From: an uncultured Chloroflexia bacterium
GTDB taxonomy: Bacteria; Chloroflexota; Limnocylindria; Limnocylindrales; CSP1-4
Reading direction: 5' to 3'
DNA length: 64,000 nt
Assembly (NCBI GenBank): GCA_963752475.1
Contig: CAVVYR010000004.1
Coordinates: 64,001 to 128,000 of the forward strand
Made by a program: the position numbers and the translations under genes. Shown here piece by piece: positions 20,491 through 29,829 of this stretch (positions are counted from its first letter, which is position 1; every line of letters starts with the position of its first letter). Below the pieces are notes generated by a model. It saw nothing but the letters and a program-made list of their open reading frames with translations, was not told the origin of the DNA and did not search any database.

Positions 20491-21149
20491 CCCACGACGA
20501 AGCCGTCCGAACCGCCGTCTACCGAGGCTACGTAGACGATGGCCGACCACCGAGCATCGAGGAGATGGCCGTCGAGCTCGCGCTCAGCGCCGATGCCGTC
20601 CGCGATGCACTCCACGCCCTGAGCGTGGCCCGGCACGTCGTCCTGCGCGACGACGAGATCGTCATGGCCCACCCCTTCGCCTCGATCCCGCTCGGGTTCA
20701 GCGTCATGGGCACCGACACGCTCTGGTGGGGTGGCTGCGCCTGGGACTCGTTCGCCATCCCGCAGCTCTGCCCGGACGACCCGGAGGTCCTCGTGGCCAC
20801 GCAATGCCCCGGCTGCGGCAAGCCGCTCTCGTGGGTCGTCAATCGCGAGGCGCCGCCGGTCGGCGATGAGGTCGCCCACTTCCTCGTGCCCATGCATGAG
20901 TGCTGGGACGACGTCGTCCACACCTGCAACAACCAACGGCTGTTCTGCTCGGTCGAGTGCGTCCAGCGCTGGACCGAGTCGAGCGGTGTCGAGCCCGGCT
21001 ACGTCATGGACCTGGCCACGCTCTGGCGCTTGGCCGCCCATTGGTACGACGGCCGCCTCGAGCACGGCTACGAGCGCCGCGAGCCCGTCCGGGCGCTCGA
21101 CTACTTCCGCTCGGTCGGTCTCTCGGGCCCGTTCTGGGGGCTCGAATGA
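20487..21149 (+). CDS. merB: organomercurial (alkylmercury) lyase MerB family protein
   Basis: N-terminal wHTH; MAHPF, WGGCAWD (Cys/Asp pair), CPGCG, TCNNQRLFCS. Confidence 0.8.
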   Translation: MTHDEAVRTAVYRGYVDDGRPPSIEEMAVELALSADAVRDALHALSVARHVVLRDDEIVMAHPFASIPLGFSVMGTDTLWWGGCAWDSFAIPQLCPDDPEVLVATQCPGCGKPLSWVVNREAPPVGDEVAHFLVPMHECWDDVVHTCNNQRLFCSVECVQRWTESSGVEPGYVMDLATLWRLAAHWYDGRLEHGYERREPVRALDYFRSVGLSGPFWGLE

Positions 21150-21913
21150 GCGTCGACCTGGAGGCCATCCTCGGCGAGGCCTTCTTCGAGCTCCATCGCG
21201 ACATGCCGCGTCAGGGTCCCGGTGACGATGCCTCGACGCTGCGGGCACTCGGGATGTGCACGAAGCTGCCCGACCAGCCGGAGATCCTGGACATCGGCTG
21301 CGGGCCAGGCATGCAGACGCTGGCCCTGGCCAGTGCCACCGACGGCGTCATCACCGCGGTCGACGTGCACGAGCCATTCCTCGGCCAGCTACGGGAGAGC
21401 GCGGCTGCGGCAGGAGTCGGCGAGCGCATCGCGACGGTCTCGGCCGACATGGGCGCCCTGCCCTTCGAGCCGTCGTCGTTCGACCTGGTCTGGTGCGAAG
21501 GCGCGATGTTCATCATCGGCATCGAGACCGGGCTCGAGGCGTGGCGTCCGCTGGTGCGTCCGGGTGGCTACCTCGCCTTCTCCGACCTCATGTGGCTGGT
21601 GCCCGATCCGCCCGAGGAGGCCCGCGCATTCCTCACACCGCTCGACCCCAGCCTTACCACGGTAGCCGGCAACCTCGAGCGGGTTCGAGCGGCGGGCTAC
21701 GACGTGGTCGGCCACTTCACCTTGCCCGACGAGGCGTGGTGGACCGACTACTACGATCCGCTGACCGAACGCATCCCTGCCGCGCGCGAGAAGTACGCGA
21801 ACGACGAGGCCGCGCTGGCCACCATCGGGCAGCAGGCTGATGAGCAGGTGATACGGCAGAAATACCCCGACGCCTACGGCTACGAGTTCATCGTGGCTCG
21901 CCCGAAGTCATGA
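21146..21913 (+). CDS. class I SAM-dependent methyltransferase (paralogue 1)
   Basis: PRQGPGDD, ILDIGCGPG, FDLVWCEGA. Confidence 0.9.
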   Translation: MSVDLEAILGEAFFELHRDMPRQGPGDDASTLRALGMCTKLPDQPEILDIGCGPGMQTLALASATDGVITAVDVHEPFLGQLRESAAAAGVGERIATVSADMGALPFEPSSFDLVWCEGAMFIIGIETGLEAWRPLVRPGGYLAFSDLMWLVPDPPEEARAFLTPLDPSLTTVAGNLERVRAAGYDVVGHFTLPDEAWWTDYYDPLTERIPAAREKYANDEAALATIGQQADEQVIRQKYPDAYGYEFIVARPKS

Positions 21914-22669
21914 GCGACGTCGACGGCTTCCATCCGGTCTTCTTCGAACTTCACAGCGGGCTGCCGCGTGAGGGCCCCGGCGATGACGAGTCGACCCTTC
22001 GCGCCCTGAGTCGCTGCACCGAGCTGCCCGAGCGTCCGGACATCCTCGACGTGGGCTGTGGTCCGGGTATGCAGACGCTGGCGCTGTTAGGCGCGACGAA
22101 CGGGACGATGACCGCGGTCGATTATCTACCAGCAGTTCCTCGACCAGCTGGCGGAGAGCGCGCATGCGACCGGTATCGGCGAGCGCCTGCGCATCGTGCG
22201 CGGCGACATGAACGACCTGCCCTTCGAGCCTGACTCGTTCGACCTCATCTGGTCCGAGGGCGCGGCCTACATCATGGGCATCAGCGAGGCCTTCACGAAG
22301 TGGCGCGAGTTCCTGCGGCCGCGCGGCTACATCGTCGTGACCGAGGTCAGCTGGCTCGTCGAGGACGTCCCCGACGAGGTCTACCACCTGTTCCACGACC
22401 AGTATCCGGGCGTCACCGACATCGCCGGCAACCTGTCCCGGATCGAGGCCTGCGGCTACGAGATCGTGGACCACTTCACCCTGCCGGCCGAGTCGTGGTG
22501 GACGCACTACCAGACCCCGCTGGAAGCGAAGTTCCCGGCCCTGCGCGAGAAGTACGCCGACGACCCGGCGGCGCTAGCCGTCGTCGAAGAAGCTGCCGCC
22601 GAGCACCGCATCTGCCGCGAGTACCCAGGCACCTACGGCTACGAGTTCTACATCGCCCGAGCGGAGTGA
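21910..22669 (+). CDS. class I SAM-dependent methyltransferase (paralogue 2); frameshift near 22123
   Basis: PREGPGDD and LDVGCGPG in one frame, FDLIWSEGA in the next. Confidence 0.85.
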
Positions 22670-22680
22670 GCACTAATGCG

Positions 22681-22695
22681 GCATTGCAGTAATGC
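22681..22695. promoter_or_regulatory. inverted repeat, probable AbrB-antitoxin operator
   Basis: GCATT-GCAGT-AATGC upstream of a TAGCCT -10-like hexamer. Confidence 0.5.
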
Positions 22696-22718
22696 TGTGA
22701 AGCGGCTAGCCTGAGCTG

Positions 22719-23015
22719 ATGAAGAGCTACCACGTCTCGGTGCAATCACGCGGAACCATCGCCCTGCCCGCCGAGTTGCGACGCCGACACCATCTCGACG
22801 AACCCGGCGCTCAAGTCCAGATCGTCGAGCGGGAGGATGGTTCGATCGAGTTGCGGCCGATGCTGCCCGTGCCGGCCGACCAGCGCTGGTTCTGGACCGA
22901 GCGCTGGCAGGCCATGGAGCGGGAGGCCGACGAGGACATCGCGGCCGGGCGGGTATCGCGGGCCATGGACGTCGACGAATTCCTTGAGAGCATCCGGCAG
23001 ATCCGCGACGATTGA
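22719..23015 (+). CDS. AbrB/MazE/SpoVT-family antitoxin
   Basis: VQSRGTIALPAELRRR; DQRWFWTERWQAMEREAD. Confidence 0.85.
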   Translation: MKSYHVSVQSRGTIALPAELRRRHHLDEPGAQVQIVEREDGSIELRPMLPVPADQRWFWTERWQAMEREADEDIAAGRVSRAMDVDEFLESIRQIRDD

Positions 23016-23323
23016 AGCACCAGCAACTGCAGACGTTCATTCGGGACCTCCGTCGGCTCAGCCAGGCCGAGCGAGACACGTTCGTCCAGGTCGTGGGTGA
23101 GGTGTTCCACCCTGCGTGTGAACGGTTCGCCGAGGATCCCTCGACTCCCTGGCCACGAGGCCTGCGTGTCAAGCGCGTCCAGGGCTATCCCGGTGTCTGG
23201 GAGATGACCTGGAGCTTCGCTGGTCCTGACGGCCGCGCGACCTTCGAGTGGATCGAGGTCGACGGCGATCTGGCCATTCGGTGGCGGCGTATCGGTGGAC
23301 ACGAGATCTTCGGTCGCCCTTAG
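23012..23323 (+). CDS. RelE-like toxin
   Basis: TTGA overlap; GLRVKRVQG..VWEMTW..DGRATF..WRRIGGHEIF. Confidence 0.75.
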   Translation: MKHQQLQTFIRDLRRLSQAERDTFVQVVGEVFHPACERFAEDPSTPWPRGLRVKRVQGYPGVWEMTWSFAGPDGRATFEWIEVDGDLAIRWRRIGGHEIFGRP

Positions 23324-23363
23324 GGCTCGGTAGCCGCGACCCGTCCCGTGGCACCATCTGCGT

Positions 23364-24194
23364 ATGAGCCGGCGTTTCCTGGTGGCGCGCAACCCCGATC
23401 CGGCAAGCACGCTGCCGTACCTTCTGCTCGTACCGGTCGGCGATGGCCTGGCGCTCAAGGCGCGAGACACCTGGCCACGAACCAGCCGCGTGTACTGTCA
23501 CCGCCTCGACGAGTGGCCGGAGGATGCCGAGATCATCGAGGATGTCCCCGTGCTGGAGTGCCGTCGGCGCGGGGTCGCAGTCGACCTGGTCCTCGACCGC
23601 AAGCGTGAGTACCGCTCACAGTTCGTCTTCACACGCATGGCCGGCGGTCGCGAGGGCATCTTCTGGCAGACGCGCAAGGTGGCGTCCACCGCTCGTCCGG
23701 GCGCCCGCATCCCCGGCCGGCGTATCAGTGACCTGCCGGGCTCGCTCACCATCATGGTCGATACCCGCGAGCGCTACCCCTACCGTTTCAGCAAGCAGCA
23801 GGCTGAGACGGAGCGCCGAGCCCTGGCCGCAGGCGACTACGCCGTGTGTGACACCGACGGCACCATCGTGGCCGCGGTCGAGCGCAAGACCATCAACGAC
23901 CTCGCGGGCAGCCTCAACAACGGCTCCCTGGTGTTCGAGCTCGCCAAGCTCTCGAGCCTCCCGCGCTCGGCCGTGGTGGTGGAGGACCGTTACGCCTCGC
24001 TGCTCAAGCAGGAGTTCGCCCCGACGGGATACCTGCCGGACCTGCTGGCCCGCGTGCAGGTGCGCTACCCAGAGACGCCGGTCGTCTTCACCGAGACCCG
24101 GCCGCTGGCCGAGGAGTGGACGTTCCGCTGGCTGGGCGCGGTGCTCGCCGAACGCCTGGCCGAGGGCGATGCCTGGGGCGAGGATCCCGGCTGA
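23364..24194 (+). CDS. ERCC4/XPF-domain nuclease (Rv2529-like)
   Basis: VDTRE, GDY, VERKT motifs. Confidence 0.85.
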   Translation: MSRRFLVARNPDPASTLPYLLLVPVGDGLALKARDTWPRTSRVYCHRLDEWPEDAEIIEDVPVLECRRRGVAVDLVLDRKREYRSQFVFTRMAGGREGIFWQTRKVASTARPGARIPGRRISDLPGSLTIMVDTRERYPYRFSKQQAETERRALAAGDYAVCDTDGTIVAAVERKTINDLAGSLNNGSLVFELAKLSSLPRSAVVVEDRYASLLKQEFAPTGYLPDLLARVQVRYPETPVVFTETRPLAEEWTFRWLGAVLAERLAEGDAWGEDPG

Positions 24195-24197
24195 CGT

Positions 24198-24602
24198 TCA
24201 GTCGCTGGCACGCACTTCCACGAAGCCCGCGGCACTGAAGTCGCCGTCGAAGGCGAGTGCCTCGGTCAGTCGCTGCCGGCGCATGAGCGCGAAGCTGGTG
24301 GCGTCCACGAACGAGTAGACCCGTTCGTCGTGGCGTCGCAGCCAGGCGAACGCCTCCTCCTCGAGAGCCTCGTCTACGCGGACGACCCCGACACGACGGC
24401 TGTGCTCGACGCGGTCGACGAAGTCCACCGCCGCCTGATGACCGGCGCGCCGACGCATGAACGTCCACGTCTCACCGACCACGTGGTTGGAGGTGAGCAT
24501 GCCGCCGCCGTCAGCAGCCTCCCAGATCGCTCTGGCCTCTCTGTGGTGGGTATCGCGCCGGAACCCGAGTGCCACCCAGTACGAGGTGTCGACGAACCTC
24601 AC
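24198..24602 (-). CDS. vapC: PIN-domain toxin VapC
   Basis: FVDTS, ETW, SFVDATSF, FDGDF. Confidence 0.9.
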   Translation of the reverse strand: MRFVDTSYWVALGFRRDTHHREARAIWEAADGGGMLTSNHVVGETWTFMRRRAGHQAAVDFVDRVEHSRRVGVVRVDEALEEEAFAWLRRHDERVYSFVDATSFALMRRQRLTEALAFDGDFSAAGFVEVRASD

Positions 24603-24820
24603 TCGCCGTACACCACGTCGTCGACATCGCCCGACTCAGCGTCCACAGCTCCGACCCACTCATCGAGCGGGTCGTCCGCGGTGTTCTCCGCGTAGTGCTC
24701 CGCGTAGTGCTCTCGAACTGCCGAGCGGATCAGAGCAGCCTTGGATGTGCCCTCGTGCAGCGCTCGGGTGGCGAGGAAGTCGTCCATCTGGTCATCGATA
24801 TAGATCTGCAGCCGTCGCAT
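24599..24820 (-). CDS. vapB: ribbon-helix-helix antitoxin
   Basis: RRLQIYIDD..TSKAALIR; GTGA overlap with vapC. Confidence 0.8.
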   Translation of the reverse strand: MRRLQIYIDDQMDDFLATRALHEGTSKAALIRSAVREHYAEHYAENTADDPLDEWVGAVDAESGDVDDVVYGE

Positions 24821-24827
24821 GAGCGCA

Positions 24828-24856
24828 GTATACATCGCTACTATCGCTGTATACAT
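24828..24856. promoter_or_regulatory. two GTATAC palindromic boxes, probable RHH operator
   Basis: GTATACAT at 24828-24835 and 24849-24856. Confidence 0.6.
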
Positions 24857-24920
24857 TACTACGTGCTCGCTGCCGGATCGACTGGCGCGCCGCCGTACGC
24901 GCCGGTACTCTCTGCGCTCG

Positions 24921-25709
24921 ATGACCGACAACGATCGCCTGATGCAGATCATGCTCGATGTCCACTCGGGCCTCCCACGCCAGGGACCCGGAGACGACGA
25001 GTCGACCTTGCGTGCGCTAGGCCTCTGCACCGAGCTGCCGATGCGGCCGGCCGTGCTCGACGTGGGCTGCGGTCCCGGCATGCAGACGGTCGCCCTCGCG
25101 CGGGGTACCGACGGGACCGTCACTGCGGTCGACCTCTTCGAGCAGTTCCTCGACGAGCTGCGTGATCGCGCTACCGAAGCCGGCGTGCGCGAGCGCGTGC
25201 AGGTCATGCGCGCAGACATGACCGACCTGCCCTTCGGCAAGGACTCCTTCGATCTCGTCTGGTCGGAAGGTGCGGCTTACATCATGGGCGTGCCCGAGGC
25301 CTTCGAGCACTGGAAGGAGTTCCTGCGGCCACAGGGCTACATCGCCATCACAGAGATCAGCTGGCTGGTGCCCGAGTCCGATGTGCCGCGGCCTGCGTTC
25401 GACTTCTTCCATGACGAGTACCCCGCCATGACAGACGTCCCCGGCAACCTCGCGCGCATCGAAGCCTGTGGCTACGAGATCGTCGACCACTTCACGTTGC
25501 CCGAACGATCGTGGTGGACCGATTACTACACACCGCTGTCCGAGAGACTCGAGGCCTCCCGTCAGAAGTACCGAGGCGACTCGACCGCACAGTCGTTCCT
25601 CGATGAGCTGGCCGAGGAGCTGCGCGTCCGGCGCGAGTTCGGCGAGAGCTTCGGCTACGAGTTCATCGTCGCGCGCCTCATCGACCCCGACGCCCCGCGT
25701 ACGATCTGA
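24921..25709 (+). CDS. class I SAM-dependent methyltransferase (paralogue 3)
   Basis: PRQGPGDD, LDVGCGPG, FDLVWSEGA. Confidence 0.9.
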   Translation: MTDNDRLMQIMLDVHSGLPRQGPGDDESTLRALGLCTELPMRPAVLDVGCGPGMQTVALARGTDGTVTAVDLFEQFLDELRDRATEAGVRERVQVMRADMTDLPFGKDSFDLVWSEGAAYIMGVPEAFEHWKEFLRPQGYIAITEISWLVPESDVPRPAFDFFHDEYPAMTDVPGNLARIEACGYEIVDHFTLPERSWWTDYYTPLSERLEASRQKYRGDSTAQSFLDELAEELRVRREFGESFGYEFIVARLIDPDAPRTI

Positions 25710-25808
25710 GTCTCTGCCGCTGACCCCACTTGGGTTCGAGAGCGTGTCCGTCACACGGCGGAATCACCCTCCAGTCGATGACCGTGGGGGAGCGACGCCG
25801 AGACCCGG

Positions 25809-25825
25809 TGCTATCATTGATATCA
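25809..25825. promoter_or_regulatory. FitA-type operator
   Basis: TGCTATCA-T-TGATATCA; TGCTATCA matches the half-site described for Neisseria FitA. Confidence 0.6.
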
Positions 25826-25844
25826 TTCGGAACGGAGGCACCTC

Positions 25845-26075
25845 ATGAAGCAGCTGATCGTGCGCAACGTCGAAGACAAGGTGGTGCGCGCCCTCAAGAT
25901 GCGCGCCGCCGAGCGTGGTCGCTCGATGGAGGCCGAGCATCGGGAGATCCTGCGCGTCACGCTTCTCTCCTCCGAACCAGGGCCGTCGTTCAAGGACTGG
26001 ATGGGCTCGATGCCCGATGTCGGTGACGACGAGGACTTCGTCGTACCGCGCGAACTTCCACGCGACATCGAATGA
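25845..26075 (+). CDS. FitA-like RHH antitoxin
   Basis: LIVRNVEDKV..LKMRAAERGRSMEAEHREIL; GGAGG RBS. Confidence 0.85.
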   Translation: MKQLIVRNVEDKVVRALKMRAAERGRSMEAEHREILRVTLLSSEPGPSFKDWMGSMPDVGDDEDFVVPRELPRDIE

Positions 26076-26493
26076 CGGGCTGGCTCGTCGACACCAACGT
26101 CTTGGCGGAAGTCCGGAAGGGCGACCGGTGCCACGCTGGGGTGCGCGCGTGGTATCGAGGGCGCGCGTCGATGGCGATCTGTTCACCAGCGTTCTGGTCG
26201 TCGGTGAGATCCGCCGAGGCGTCGAGTCGGTACGGCGACGCGATCCAGGTCAGGCAGCCGCGCTCGACCAGTGGCTGCTACGCCTTACCGGCGCACTTGC
26301 GGACCGCGTCCTTCCCGTCGATACGGCGATCGCCGAGTGCTGGGGTCGGCTGAACGTGCCGAATCCCATCCCGGTCGTCGATGGACTCGTTGCAGCTACG
26401 GCCCTGGAGCATGACCTCACGCTGGTGACGCGCAACGTCAAGGACGTGGCGTCGACCGGGGTTGCCACCCTCGATCCCTTCAGCTCGACATAG
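26072..26493 (+). CDS. vapC: PIN-domain toxin (FitB/VapC); frameshift near 26165
   Basis: LVDTNVLAE, then GEIRRG..DGLVAATAL..LVTRNVKD in another frame. Confidence 0.85.
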
Positions 26494-26497
26494 TGAA

Positions 26498-26526
26498 GCC
26501 CGGGTCGGCAGAGTGGCGACCCGGGC
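26498..26526. terminator. GC hairpin between convergent genes
   Basis: GCCCGGGTCG-N9-CGACCCGGGC. Confidence 0.6.
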
Positions 26527-26549
26527 CTTGAGCGTCGAAGACCAGCGGC

Positions 26550-27890
26550 CTACTCGGCAGGCGGGTCCTCGCAGATCTCGTTGCTGTCGTCGTACTCGAG
26601 CGGCGGGGCGTTGGTGGCCTCGGAGATCAGGACGTTGTGCTCGTTGTCGCAGATCCTGTTGTTTGCCAGCGAGGGCGTGGAGTCCTCGCCGGACACCATG
26701 ATCCCGATGCTGCCGCCCTCGACCGAGTTGTCGTCGAGCGCCGGCGAGCCCCGGAGCTGCATCCCGACGCGGCTGCCGGACACCACGTTGTCCGTGAAGA
26801 CCACGGTTTCACCATGGCTCACGACGCCCGTATCGTTGCCATGCAGGCGGTTGCCCTCCACCACGGGGTTGGCGTCGACGAAGATCATGATCCCGTTCCT
26901 GGCGCCCGAGATGTCGTTGTCTCGGATCACCGGGTCGTGGCCGGGAGAGCTGTTCCAGCCGACGGTGATGCCGTCGCCGCCCGCACCGTCGACGACGTTG
27001 CCCTCGATGAGCATGGTGGACTCGCCGAACAGGCCCATCGCGCGATTGTGGCTGCCGCTGAACATGTTGTTGCGGACGACGGCCTCGTTGCCGGGATCGT
27101 TCAGATAGAGGTGCGGACCGTCGATGAACTCGTTGCCTTCGATGACCACGTCCGCATCGAAGGTGACCATGACCTCGCCACCACCGAGGAAGTCGCTGTC
27201 GAGCACGCTGGCAGTGCCGCCGGCGATCATGAGCGAGCTGCCGCTGCCGAACTCGCCGCTCTGGTAGGCAACGCCCGTCTCGTCGAAGACGAGCCCGTAG
27301 AGGACGGGCGCCCCGTTGAGGATGTTCACACCGGTCGTGTCGTTGTCGCCGCGGAGCGTCAGGTTCGAGATCTCGGAGTCGGTCGAGTTCAGCGTGAAGA
27401 GGGTGGCATCCTCCAGCTCGACGATGACCTCGTCGACCGGGCCGTCGCCACGGATCGATGACGTTCTTGTCTTCGATCGTGATCTCTTCGGCATACGTGC
27501 CGGGACTTCACCGAGGATCTCGTCGCCGTCCTCAGCGGCATCGACCGCGGCCCCGATGGTGGTGTAGTGGCCATCGCCGTTCGCGTCGACGATGAGAGGG
27601 CCGTCGGCTGCCAGTAGCTGGGCGCCGGCGATCCCGGCACCGATGATCATCATCGCTGCCAGCAGGGTCGCGGCCATGATGGCCGCCACGCGAGCGGTCG
27701 GAGATCCGACCGCAGTTCGGTTGTTGCTTCGCATCGTGGGCTCCTTGATGAGCGCCAGCCAACGAGCGCGCGGACGCGTCTCGCCGGTCTGCGCCTTGAT
27801 CGTCGTTCGGAGCCGGTCGGGCGCGCGCCGAGGCGCCATCTCATGCAGGCCATCGGCGAAGAGCCGCTCGAAGCGAACGTCTTCGTTCAT
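26550..27890 (-). CDS. putative anti-sigma factor with one TM helix and an extracellular right-handed parallel beta-helix
   Basis: ATGA overlap with ECF sigma; TIGAAVDAAEDGDEI cap; repeated I..N.. beta-helix rungs; local compensating frameshifts near 27460-27510. Confidence 0.75.
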   Translation of the reverse strand: MNEDVRFERLFADGLHEMAPRRAPDRLRTTIKAQTGETRPRARWLALIKEPTMRSNNRTAVGSPTARVAAIMAATLLAAMMIIGAGIAGAQLLAADGPLIVDANGDGHYTTIGAAVDAAEDGDEILGEVPARMPKRSRSKTRTSSIRGDGPVDEVIVELEDATLFTLNSTDSEISNLTLRGDNDTTGVNILNGAPVLYGLVFDETGVAYQSGEFGSGSSLMIAGGTASVLDSDFLGGGEVMVTFDADVVIEGNEFIDGPHLYLNDPGNEAVVRNNMFSGSHNRAMGLFGESTMLIEGNVVDGAGGDGITVGWNSSPGHDPVIRDNDISGARNGIMIFVDANPVVEGNRLHGNDTGVVSHGETVVFTDNVVSGSRVGMQLRGSPALDDNSVEGGSIGIMVSGEDSTPSLANNRICDNEHNVLISEATNAPPLEYDDSNEICEDPPAE

Positions 27891-28462
27891 GCCAAGCCGT
27901 CCTTCAAGACGCCGACCGGGGGATTGTCGGCAGCGGGCACGTCCTGGGTCATCGACTGTCGCAGCGATGCCAGCGCCCGATGCAAGCGGGACTTCACGGT
28001 CCCGACGGGGATATCGAGGATGTCGGCCACCTCATCGAGAGGCAGGTCGAGGTAGAAGCGCAGGACGACCACGGCACGGTGATCGATCGGCAGGTCGTTC
28101 AGCTGCTGCTCGATCAGGTCGCGGTTCGCCAACGCAGAAGCGGAGTCGGGAGCGGTCGTGCGCTCGGGGTCGGGAACGACCTTCAGCTCGACCTCCTTGC
28201 GTCGTCGCTCCTTCTTCGCCGCCTTGTAGCAGGCCCACACCGTGATGCGGTGGAGCCAGGCGTCCCACGCGTCGGGGTCACGGAGTGCGCGCACGTCCTT
28301 CCAGGCGGACACGAGCGCCTCCTGCACCGCGTCCTGGGCGCGGTCCGAGTCGCGGAGGATGAGCGTGGCCACGCCATACAGGCGATCGACGGACGCGTCC
28401 ACCAGGCTGGAGAAAGCGTCGTGATCCCCCTCGATCGCTCGCCGGACGAGCTCTCGTGTCAT
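27887..28462 (-). CDS. ECF RNA polymerase sigma factor (1)
   Basis: AQDAVQEA, AWLHRI, IPVGTVKSRLHRA. Confidence 0.92.
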   Translation of the reverse strand: MTRELVRRAIEGDHDAFSSLVDASVDRLYGVATLILRDSDRAQDAVQEALVSAWKDVRALRDPDAWDAWLHRITVWACYKAAKKERRRKEVELKVVPDPERTTAPDSASALANRDLIEQQLNDLPIDHRAVVVLRFYLDLPLDEVADILDIPVGTVKSRLHRALASLRQSMTQDVPAADNPPVGVLKDGLA

Positions 28463-28502
28463 CGCGGGCCACCACTTCGGCACGACGCGTCTCGTCGCGC
28501 TC

Positions 28503-28540
28503 TCACCCTATTGCGTCCCCCCGGGTGCCGAAAGGTTCCA
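28503..28540 (-). promoter_or_regulatory. ECF-type promoter (GGAACC -35)
   Basis: TGGAACC..27 nt..GTGAGAG; repeated upstream of the other units. Confidence 0.55.
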
Positions 28541-28557
28541 CGCCAAAGGAAGAGACG

Positions 28558-29829
28558 TCAATCGAAGACGAGCGGCACGTCCTCGCAAAGCTTGTTGTCC
28601 GAGAGGTCCAGCGGGGTCGCGCCGCGCACCACCGCCATGATCGCGTTGTCGCCGCAGAGCTCGTTGCCGCTCAGGGTGGGCTCCACGCCCTCGTGGACCT
28701 CCAGGGCCACGCCCTGGGTGTCGATCACGTTGTCCGTGATCTCGGCCGTGGTGCGATCCGCGATCAGGATGCCGGTGGCGGCGCCATCGACGGTGTTGTC
28801 GCGGATGGTGCCCTTCAGGCACACGGCCTGGATGGCGATGCCTGGATCGGGCTGGGTGATGACGTTGCCCTCGATGGTGAGCTCGGAGCAGGAGTTGGAC
28901 TCGATCGAGTACAGGCCCGAGTTGTCGATCGTGTTCCTGCGGACAACGGTGTCGTCGCCGGCGTTGCTGAGGAAGATGGCCGCGCCCTCGATGAGCGTGT
29001 TGTCGGAGATGGTGGCGTCAGACGCACCGGCGATCTCGATCTCGCCGCCACCGATGAAGGTGTTGCCGGAGATGGTGGGGTTGGAGAAGAGCTCCACGAA
29101 GATCGACTGCGCCGCCTCCTCGAAGCCGTCCCATCCGGCGCCGGTGTAGATCCACCATTGGTCGCCCACGCCGTCGAAGACCATGTCGGTGATAGTGGGC
29201 TCGGCGGCGGTGATCCGGACGGTGTTGCCGGGCCCGCGGATGGTGAAGTTGCGGATCGTCGACTGACCGCCGTCGATGAGCAGGATGGGCTCGTCGTCGG
29301 TCGCGGGCCGCAGGATGACGTCGCCCACATTGCCGCCTCCGACGAGCTCGATGGTCTTGTCGATGATGCGCAGGTTCTCGACGTACTCGCCGGGGAAGAT
29401 GAAGACGGTCTCGCCGTCCTTGGCCTGCTCGATGGCCGCGGCGATCGTCTGCTTCACGCTCTCATCGTCGGGGTTGACCACGATGGCCTCGCTGGGCACG
29501 AGGATCTCACCGTTCGGCTCGGCCCGATCCAGGAACCCGCCGGACAGCGTTAGCCCCAGCACCAGCAGCACCGCGACGACGGCCGTGCCACCGACGGCAA
29601 GGGTCGGGGTCAGCGATGGCCAGTGATGGAGGCGAAAGAGATCGCGCCACCAATCGCGGACGAAGACGCGGGAGCGGCGTCGGGTGAGCGCGGTGCGGGC
29701 GATGACGTTGGGCGCGAGCACGGCCGGCTCGCGGGTCGGGGCCCCCTCCTCGAACCACTCGCTGAGGAGCCGCTCGGTGTCGGGCTCGTGCACCTGGTCA
29801 TGCCAGGGAGCGTCGCGACGGTCGGTCAT
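28558..29829 (-). CDS. putative anti-sigma factor with TM helix and beta-helix domain (2)
   Basis: TIAAAIEQAKDGETVFIFPGEYVEN; beta-helix repeats; ATGA overlap. Confidence 0.8.
   Translation of the reverse strand: MTDRRDAPWHDQVHEPDTERLLSEWFEEGAPTREPAVLAPNVIARTALTRRRSRVFVRDWWRDLFRLHHWPSLTPTLAVGGTAVVAVLLVLGLTLSGGFLDRAEPNGEILVPSEAIVVNPDDESVKQTIAAAIEQAKDGETVFIFPGEYVENLRIIDKTIELVGGGNVGDVILRPATDDEPILLIDGGQSTIRNFTIRGPGNTVRITAAEPTITDMVFDGVGDQWWIYTGAGWDGFEEAAQSIFVELFSNPTISGNTFIGGGEIEIAGASDATISDNTLIEGAAIFLSNAGDDTVVRRNTIDNSGLYSIESNSCSELTIEGNVITQPDPGIAIQAVCLKGTIRDNTVDGAATGILIADRTTAEITDNVIDTQGVALEVHEGVEPTLSGNELCGDNAIMAVVRGATPLDLSDNKLCEDVPLVFD

Noticed and set aside
24686-24712. 12-bp duplication (EHYA-EHYA) in vapB
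   Set aside because: In-frame micro-duplication in a linker; no evidence of function or of an insertion scar.
19700-26500. Integron cassette array
   Set aside because: No integrase and no recurring RYYYAAC...GTTRRRY attC boundaries were seen; several genes overlap directly.
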